Part shown: in pieces, positions 57,406 to 64,000 of the stretch
How positions within the stretch are numbered: position 1 is the stretch's first letter
Layout: each line of letters begins with the position of its first letter
Assembly: GCA_964413685.1 (NCBI GenBank)
Contig: CAYPSW010000004.1
Coordinates: forward strand, 65,846-129,845
Source: an uncultured Chitinophagales bacterium
GTDB lineage: Bacteria > Bacteroidota > Bacteroidia > Chitinophagales > S012-47
Length of the DNA: 64,000 nucleotides
Direction: 5' to 3'
The notes under the pieces: model-generated
Told to the model about the DNA's origin: nothing
What the model saw: only the letters and a program-made list of their open reading frames with translations
Databases searched by the model: none
Position numbers and translations under genes: made by a program

Positions 57406-57635
57406 GTTTGTGTTTTGCTGTTAAGAAAAAATATATCAATAGCGAAGTTCAAATTTAGTAAGTTTTATAAACTAATACCAATAAACTTCAGATTTCACAC
57501 AAATTAACAATGTTTGTGCCAAAGCAAACATAGCCTGAAAATAAATTTCCGTAATATAACTTTTTATAAGCTTTAATCACTTTTTGATACCTTTTGATTC
57601 ATTAACTTTGAGAATTGAATTGAAAAAGTATCATT

Positions 57636-60059
57636 ATGGCGGATAAGGGAAGCAAGGGAAAAACGACAGACAAAATCTCCTTCGATGATTTTAAGAAAGA
57701 AGTACTGCACGATTATTACCTCGCTAATCTTAGCAGAAATGCCAGTGTTATCGGTCGAAAGGAAGTTTTAACCGGTAAGGCAAAATTTGGAATCTTCGGG
57801 GCAGGTAAAGAAATTGCTCAGATTGCTATGGCAAAAGCATTTAAAGATGGGGATTTCAGATCAGGTTATTATCGAGGACAAACCTTTGCACTTGCCAGTG
57901 GAATGTGCACTGTCGACCAGTTGTTTTCTGAATTATATGCCGATATTGACCTAAACCATGACCCATTTTCAGGGGGCAGGCAGATGAATGCTCACATATC
58001 GACACCTACGATTGACGAGAATGGCGATTGGCTTGATTTGACGAAAAGGAAAAATTCAGCAGCCGATTCTTCACCTACTGCAAGCCAAATGGCACGTGCT
58101 GTTGGTATAGGTTTGGCCACGAAGAAATATCGTGAAAATCCGGAAATAACGGATTCTCATTTGTTCTCGAATAAGGGAAATGAAGTTGTTTTTTGCAATA
58201 TTGGTGATGCCAGTACCTCCGAAGGCATCTTTTGGGAATCTGTAAATGCAGCCGCTGTTATGCAAATTCCAGTAGCATTTACCGTATGGGACGATGGATA
58301 TGGAATTTCTGTTCCAAAAAAATATCAGACCACTCGTGGCAGCATATCAAAAGCTTTGTCTGGTTTCGTTTCTGATAAAGAAGATGAAGGAATGGATATT
58401 TATACCGTGCGTGGATGGGATTATGCAACTTTGATTGAAGTATATCAAAAAGGGATTGAAAAGGTCAGGAAAACGCATAAGCCTGCTTTGTTTCATATCG
58501 AAGATGTGACTCAGCCGCTCGGGCATTCTACCTCTGGTTCACATGAACGGTATAAATCAAAAGAAAGACTTCAATGGGAGAAGGATTTTGATCCTATCCT
58601 GAAAACCCGTGAATGGATTCTGAAATCTGCCATTAGCACTGAGGCTGATTTAGACGCTATAGAACAGGAAGCTTTGAAGGATACTAAAGAGGCGAAAAAA
58701 TTGGCATGGAATAGATATTTCAACCCTATACTGAAAGAACGTAGTGAGCTGGAATCATTGATCAGAGATCTTGCGGCTGTCAGCCAAAATCGGGAAAACA
58801 TATTGCAGATGCAGAAGGATTTGATGTCGATACCTGACCCAATAAGAAGAGACATGGTGCATATTGGCAAAAAAGTATTAAGGCTTACCTTGGGTGAGAC
58901 ATCAGCAGAACATGACCGGTTGAAACAATGGACCGAAAAACAAGTTGATCTGGGCAATGAGTGTTACGATTCTTATCTCTACTCTCAATCTAAACAATCT
59001 TCATTAGCTGTTCCTGCTGTAGCTGCCAATTATAATGATGATGCGCCACTGCTTAACGGATTCCAGGTATTAAATCATTATTTCGATATTATTCTATCGG
59101 AAAACAGCCGGGTGTTTGCTTTCGGTGAAGATGTTGGCAAAATTGGAGATGTTAATCAGGCCTTTGCAGGTATGCAGGAGAAATATGGCGAATCGCGGGT
59201 TTTTGATACTGGTATCCGGGAAGCGACCATCATTGGACAGGGAATTGGGATGGCTATGCGAGGACTCAGACCTATTGCCGAAATTCAGTATCTGGATTAT
59301 TTGATTTACGGGTTGCAAACGATTACCGATGATCTTGCTACGCTTCAATACAGAACAAAAGGTCGCCAAAAAGCACCGCTTATCATCAGAACAAGAGGAC
59401 ACCGGCTGGAAGGAATCTGGCATACAGGGTCGCCTATGGCCATGATATTAAATGCTACAAAAGGTGTTCGATTACTAGTTCCAAGAAATATGACTCAAGC
59501 AGCAGGGCTTTATAATACCATGTTACAAAGCGATGAACCGGCCATAATCATTGAATGTTTAAATGGATATCGTCTGAAGGAAAAATTGCCATCTAATCTT
59601 GGTGAATTCTCGGTTCCTTTGGGTGTACCTGAAATTTTACAGGAGGGCTCGGATGTGAGCCTTGTAACGTATGGCTCAACTTTACGGATTGTTGAAGATG
59701 CTATCCGGCAACTGGAAGAAATGGAAATTTCCTGTGAATTGGTTGATGTGCAAACATTAAATCCTTTTGATCGCTATCATATTATTCTGGAATCATTGAA
59801 AAAAACAAATAGAATTGCGTTTATTGATGAGGATGTACCGGGCGGTGCTACTGCTTTTATGATGCAGCAAGTAATTGAAGAGCAGGGAGCTTACCGTTAT
59901 TTAGATTCCCAACCGATTACGATTACTGCCAAAGAACATCGGGCTGCATATGCATCTGATGGTGATTATTTTTCGAAACCCAATGCTGAGGATATTATTG
60001 AAGCAGTTTATGCCTTAATGCATGAATCAAATCCTTCGGTATACCCTGAACTTTACTAA
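57636..60059 (+). CDS. fused 2-oxoacid (branched-chain-type) dehydrogenase E1 component, alpha+beta in one polypeptide
   Basis: 807 aa. The N-terminal half is E1-alpha-like with a TPP-binding region (..FCNIGDASTSEGIFWESVNAA..). The C-terminal half is E1-beta/transketolase-pyrimidine-like (..FGEDVGKIGDVNQAF...FDTGIREATIIGQGIGMA..). Confidence 0.85.
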   Translation: MADKGSKGKTTDKISFDDFKKEVLHDYYLANLSRNASVIGRKEVLTGKAKFGIFGAGKEIAQIAMAKAFKDGDFRSGYYRGQTFALASGMCTVDQLFSELYADIDLNHDPFSGGRQMNAHISTPTIDENGDWLDLTKRKNSAADSSPTASQMARAVGIGLATKKYRENPEITDSHLFSNKGNEVVFCNIGDASTSEGIFWESVNAAAVMQIPVAFTVWDDGYGISVPKKYQTTRGSISKALSGFVSDKEDEGMDIYTVRGWDYATLIEVYQKGIEKVRKTHKPALFHIEDVTQPLGHSTSGSHERYKSKERLQWEKDFDPILKTREWILKSAISTEADLDAIEQEALKDTKEAKKLAWNRYFNPILKERSELESLIRDLAAVSQNRENILQMQKDLMSIPDPIRRDMVHIGKKVLRLTLGETSAEHDRLKQWTEKQVDLGNECYDSYLYSQSKQSSLAVPAVAANYNDDAPLLNGFQVLNHYFDIILSENSRVFAFGEDVGKIGDVNQAFAGMQEKYGESRVFDTGIREATIIGQGIGMAMRGLRPIAEIQYLDYLIYGLQTITDDLATLQYRTKGRQKAPLIIRTRGHRLEGIWHTGSPMAMILNATKGVRLLVPRNMTQAAGLYNTMLQSDEPAIIIECLNGYRLKEKLPSNLGEFSVPLGVPEILQEGSDVSLVTYGSTLRIVEDAIRQLEEMEISCELVDVQTLNPFDRYHIILESLKKTNRIAFIDEDVPGGATAFMMQQVIEEQGAYRYLDSQPITITAKEHRAAYASDGDYFSKPNAEDIIEAVYALMHESNPSVYPELY

Positions 60060-60715
60060 TTGATATTTTCCCAATAATAAACCAGATTACCTCCTGTATC
60101 GATGGCCTTAAAATCAGTAAAGACCTTCTTGAACCTTTGTTCAAACAGTACCCTTAAAGTTTGCTTGCTTCTCATTTCAAGGGTGCTATAAAGTAATCTA
60201 CCACCCGGGGAAATTAATTTTTTCAATTGGTGCAACGATTCAATGGTCCAGCATCTTTCAGGAACCACATGGTCAACATAAATATCCATACAAACTAATT
60301 GATAATTGCTTTTGCATTGATTAATATAATCCAACACATCAGCTTGCTGTAAATCAATATGTTTCATATCCGTGAATTTTTTTGCCCACGTGATAACTTG
60401 TGAATCATATTCTACACCGGTAATTCTTGGTGCAGAACCTGATAATTGTCGAAGTAATTTGGAGATACTCCCTAAGCCATATCCCAGAATCAATATGGAG
60501 GATGGCTTGTTTTCTTTAATATTTATGCTTTGAAAAGCTTTTTTAAAGGAGGGATAATCAGCTTCATCTGAATAAATCGCATTTGGTGTATGCAGGCTGA
60601 GTCGACCATTTTTCAAATAGAGTTTCAGATTTGTTCCATCCACCCCTTTGCCATATTGTAGCGTGAATGGAAAGAGATAACTGAACAGCATTTGTAAAGG
60701 CTTTATAGCACTCAT
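60056..60715 (-). CDS. SAM-dependent methyltransferase, spermidine-synthase-like fold
   Basis: 219 aa. It has a glycine-rich motif, ILILGYGLGS. Its stop codon overlaps the stop of the convergent E1 gene by 4 nt. Confidence 0.6.
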   Translation of the reverse strand: MSAIKPLQMLFSYLFPFTLQYGKGVDGTNLKLYLKNGRLSLHTPNAIYSDEADYPSFKKAFQSINIKENKPSSILILGYGLGSISKLLRQLSGSAPRITGVEYDSQVITWAKKFTDMKHIDLQQADVLDYINQCKSNYQLVCMDIYVDHVVPERCWTIESLHQLKKLISPGGRLLYSTLEMRSKQTLRVLFEQRFKKVFTDFKAIDTGGNLVYYWENIN

Positions 60716-60738
60716 GAAATTATGTTAAGCAAATCAAA

Positions 60739-61539
60739 CTAATTTCCTTTGTAGTATTTTAATGCTTCTGGTAAATATTTGTTCCGGATATCTTGAATAC
60801 GCGTTTGATGACTGGGATGTGTACTTAAAAATTCAGGTGGACTTCCACCAGATAAGGCCTCCATTCTTTGCCAGAATGTTAGTGCTTCTCGTGGATTATA
60901 ACCGGCTTTTGCCATAAATATTAACCCGATATGATCAGCTTCTGATTCGTGTTTCCTACTAAAAGGAAGCGTGATACCAACAGTTGTCCCCAAACCATAA
61001 GCTGATAGAAACAGATTACGCGTTTGCTCAGCTTGCTGGCTCATGGCCACATCCAACGCCATCCCTCCTGCAAAAAGTGCGAGTGATTGGCTCATTCTTT
61101 CATTACCATGACGGGCAACTGCATGTGCAATTTCGTGTCCCATAACAACGGCAAGAGCTGTTTCGTTTTGAGTGACAGGTAGAATGCCTGAATAGACCAC
61201 TACTTTTCCTCCCGGCATGCACCATGCATTTTGCAAAGTATCATCAACCAGATTAAATTCCCATTGAAATTCAGGAATTCTATCCTGATAACCCAATTCA
61301 CGAAGTAAGGACTCTGTAGCAATAGCAATTTTTTCACCTACACGCTGCACCATGCGCGAATCAGTTGTGTTTGTTAGTACTTTATTTTCCTTCAGGAATT
61401 GACCGTAGTTGTCGAGGCTTAGACTGAGCATTGTGCTTTCCGGAAGTAAGTGCAATTGTCTTCGATTGCTCACCGGTACTTTCTGACAAGATATTCCAAG
61501 AAAGATCAGCAGGATAAGTGCATTAAATACTCGTTTCAT
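60739..61539 (-). CDS. M48-family zinc metallopeptidase, lipoprotein
   Basis: 266 aa. It has a lipobox (FLGISC) and the HExxH motif VMGHEIAHAVARHGNE, with a downstream ..ESEADHIG.. Confidence 0.88.
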   Translation of the reverse strand: MKRVFNALILLIFLGISCQKVPVSNRRQLHLLPESTMLSLSLDNYGQFLKENKVLTNTTDSRMVQRVGEKIAIATESLLRELGYQDRIPEFQWEFNLVDDTLQNAWCMPGGKVVVYSGILPVTQNETALAVVMGHEIAHAVARHGNERMSQSLALFAGGMALDVAMSQQAEQTRNLFLSAYGLGTTVGITLPFSRKHESEADHIGLIFMAKAGYNPREALTFWQRMEALSGGSPPEFLSTHPSHQTRIQDIRNKYLPEALKYYKGN

Positions 61540-61545
61540 AATTAT

Positions 61546-63999
61546 TTATTTTGGTGTATTCTTTTGGGATCTTCTTAAATCCTCCAAATATTTCATTCTG
61601 TTAACAAACAACTCAGCTTTACCCGGATTTGATATGGCGAAGACAATAAAGTCATCGTCTTTCCCTAAGGTTCTTCTGTCTTTTGGCTTTGTATCCATCA
61701 CCATATCATTAAAGTGTGGGTTCGATGATAATACCTGAAGCATATTGGCCTGATAGGTAATAAAATACCAATCGTGTAAGTCTGTTTCAAGATAAATATT
61801 AAAAAAATCTCCGGCTGTTCTGCGACCAATTTCAACATATCCATTCACTACTTTGCCCATTTTTGTGCCATTAATATGAGATAAACCAATCTTGCCAATG
61901 GAGCGCCAGCTATTATAATAATTGTCCCAAACCATTTCGACATCGGTAAGAATCAAGTGCTTTGGCAATTCGGCAGGTAAATCCGGAATGCCGGTCATCA
62001 TGGATGAATTTCTAAATTTTTCTGCTTCTTTGTCTGTGGTCAATAATTGGATAAAATCGGATTGAAAAGCCTCATCAGTATAATCAATATCTGGTGCATC
62101 AAAGGCTAGTGTTTGCCAATCATCAGTCATGATTTGCCAAATATCTTTAGTCAGATTAAAATCGAAAGCCAGATTAGCTTTCATAATATAGCTTGTGTCT
62201 TCAGCAGATTTTGAAATTTTTACGGCAAATCGATGCTCAATCATTCCCAGATCTGCACCAAGGTCTGCTTTGCCTTCAGCGTAGATATTATCTGCAGCTT
62301 TGTCATAGATTATTTTATTACCAATTTCAGATTCACCAATTGCTACAAGAGAATCCAGTATTTCATATTTGCCTTCATCCGGATTATATCGGACAGCTCC
62401 GTTTACCCGAAAAGCCAGGTCATCCCTCCTATAAATACGTGGTGCAGCTAAGTTTGTATAGAGCAGGCTTGTGTCACTTCGGTATAAAATTCCGGCAATC
62501 AAGGAATCCCGATGAAGATTCATCCATTTTGACGGAAAGAGTGTAACATCATTGGCATGTACTTCCTGATCAATCCAGAACCAATCAGTATTAACTGTTC
62601 CACTATCCGGTAAATCGAAGTGGCTGATACCTTTGAAAAGAAGATGTTGTCCTCCGGGTTTTAGCGTTGCATCTCCCTGAAAAAATATATTGGGGTCAAG
62701 AAGAAAACTGTCAGATTCCAGTACAGAGGTGGAAGCGGTGGTTCGGACTGTGTCGTTTATCAGCACGACACCAATGTTTGTAAAATTCAACAGCTGAGCA
62801 ATGCCAGACCTATTGATATACGGATAATCTCCACTTGCCTTGTATTCGTTTCGGCCCAAAATATTTACCGTTGCGTTGTAGAATTTGTGGTATTGATTGA
62901 TGGTGTCTATGATAATCAAAGCAGAATCAACCGGTTCGAATTTGGCATCAGCTCCTATGAGTACTATTTTATTACCGGGAATAATTCTAGCATCGGCTAC
63001 ATCAATACCGGGCACACCTTCGGCAATCAGGGTATAGTCATTTAAATTGTAGCTACCTTTTGAAGCTATAAACCAAAGGCTGTCTTGCCCAGGCCTCATA
63101 GATGTGAATTTGGCAAAGGTTTTATTTTTTGGTGGGTTGAAATGAATAATTCTTTTTTCAATATCCCAAATGAACGAGTTCATAGTAGTCTGATACTGGT
63201 TATAGGGCAAGAGGGTAGGAACATTTTCTTCATTGCTGGTAAAAATGCCGGTTTGAAGATCAAGGTCAATATTTGAACGGACGTTTGGCAAGTTAAAAGC
63301 AATCTTATCTTCAGTCACTGATTTGATAGTCAGATTTGAAGTGTCAGCCATCAATGATTTCATTCCAAAAGTAAATTCATCAGCGATAATTTTGGCATCG
63401 GGCCAATCAAATGTACCCTTGCCGGTAATCCCTTCAGATTGAATATGAACACTTCCTTTTAAGGTTCCCATTCCATTGAAGAAACGGAAAGGTGTTTTGA
63501 GCGATTTTGCATTTAAAAATCCGGAATGGGGTTCCCAATGTACTTGTACAGTATCGCTGACAATGGAAGGGAAGGGAATATCTTCCAACAGTTTCTCTTC
63601 AACCTCAAATGTTTTGGTAATGCTATTTACCGAGTCAGGGAAAATCCGAAAATCTTCTGCTGCAAAATTTGTGCATAGGTATTTGAAATTACCTGTTCCG
63701 TGTAATCCCGTAAAATTCATGTTTAATTTACCTGTATAGAGTCCAAGACCTTCATAAGCCGGAAAGCCTTCAGTGGGTGCTATATGTGTGAATCCCAGAG
63801 ATAGGTCAGGTTCGACAGTCAAATTTTCTTGAAATTCAGGGAATATCCCGGAATGGAATTGACCTGCAAAAGCTTGTGAAAAAACATCGAAAGTCTGGAG
63901 ACTGTCTAACATGAAAGGGTTTACAGCAAAATAGAAATTATCCCGTTTATATACATCTTGATAAGCACAGTTCTTATCATAGTAAATATAGGAAGGCAC
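61546..63999 (-). CDS. C-terminal 817+ aa of a very large beta-rich protein of unknown function; the N-terminus lies outside the window
   Basis: The frame is open to the window edge, and the 'M' in the track is only an in-frame GTG. There are no Cys residues, and Asn/Asp/aromatic-rich strands recur. I recognised no catalytic motif. Confidence 0.7.
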   Translation of the reverse strand: MPSYIYYDKNCAYQDVYKRDNFYFAVNPFMLDSLQTFDVFSQAFAGQFHSGIFPEFQENLTVEPDLSLGFTHIAPTEGFPAYEGLGLYTGKLNMNFTGLHGTGNFKYLCTNFAAEDFRIFPDSVNSITKTFEVEEKLLEDIPFPSIVSDTVQVHWEPHSGFLNAKSLKTPFRFFNGMGTLKGSVHIQSEGITGKGTFDWPDAKIIADEFTFGMKSLMADTSNLTIKSVTEDKIAFNLPNVRSNIDLDLQTGIFTSNEENVPTLLPYNQYQTTMNSFIWDIEKRIIHFNPPKNKTFAKFTSMRPGQDSLWFIASKGSYNLNDYTLIAEGVPGIDVADARIIPGNKIVLIGADAKFEPVDSALIIIDTINQYHKFYNATVNILGRNEYKASGDYPYINRSGIAQLLNFTNIGVVLINDTVRTTASTSVLESDSFLLDPNIFFQGDATLKPGGQHLLFKGISHFDLPDSGTVNTDWFWIDQEVHANDVTLFPSKWMNLHRDSLIAGILYRSDTSLLYTNLAAPRIYRRDDLAFRVNGAVRYNPDEGKYEILDSLVAIGESEIGNKIIYDKAADNIYAEGKADLGADLGMIEHRFAVKISKSAEDTSYIMKANLAFDFNLTKDIWQIMTDDWQTLAFDAPDIDYTDEAFQSDFIQLLTTDKEAEKFRNSSMMTGIPDLPAELPKHLILTDVEMVWDNYYNSWRSIGKIGLSHINGTKMGKVVNGYVEIGRRTAGDFFNIYLETDLHDWYFITYQANMLQVLSSNPHFNDMVMDTKPKDRRTLGKDDDFIVFAISNPGKAELFVNRMKYLEDLRRSQKNTPK

Positions 64000-64000
64000 A

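Noticed and set aside
60056-60059. Convergent genes (E1 dehydrogenase and methyltransferase) whose stop codons overlap by 4 nt.
   Set aside because: The overlap is real in the sequence (tac TAA / CTA read as TAG on the other strand). It is a common consequence of compact genomes, and I have no indication of regulatory meaning.

Overview
This is a moderately AT-rich chromosomal segment that I assign to Bacteroidota. The grounds are a SusC/SusD pair, two proteins with type-A T9SS C-terminal sorting domains, TAnnTTTG-type promoter motifs and a GE.NYA.AA-type tmRNA tag. Most of the window is tightly packed housekeeping. It holds the universally conserved block tRNA-Thr/Tyr/Gly/Thr-tuf-tRNA-Trp-secE-nusG-rplK-rplA, then hpf, a chromosomal XerC/D-like recombinase and rpsU. 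It also holds apt, an alanine:cation symporter, pcm, smpB, tag, dnaX, purD, secA, cysC-cysD-cysN, fadD and a TetR-controlled fadN-fadA-fadE beta-oxidation operon. The remaining identifiable genes are tmRNA (ssrA), an AlaDH/saccharopine-dehydrogenase-like gene, an aminotransferase, a fused 2-oxoacid dehydrogenase E1 alpha/beta and an M48 peptidase. I saw no rRNA, CRISPR array, transposase, prophage or recognisable defence operon, and I cannot honestly point to a clear multi-gene novel system. The most unusual items are listed below.
- An 870-aa double CbbX/SpoVK-type AAA+ ATPase with a duplicated, unrecognised N-terminal module, start/stop-coupled to purD.
- A small accessory patch at 44.4-47.7 kb. 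It contains a decayed lipoprotein gene, a T9SS beta-propeller/PKD protein coupled to a small Cys-rich secreted protein, and a G8/C8 homopolymer in their upstream region.
- A decayed second copy of the tmRNA 3' end 120 bp beyond ssrA, which looks like the scar of an old ssrA-targeted integration.
- Three in-frame A-run slippery sites in the dnaX linker.
- A 313-bp ORF-free structured spacer at 14.3-14.6 kb.
- A 12-nt motif shared by two acyl-CoA-metabolism promoter regions.
- An alpha/beta-hydrolase-fold protein that appears to lack its catalytic Ser and His.
All functional calls come from reading the translated ORFs and the DNA by eye. No database search was run.
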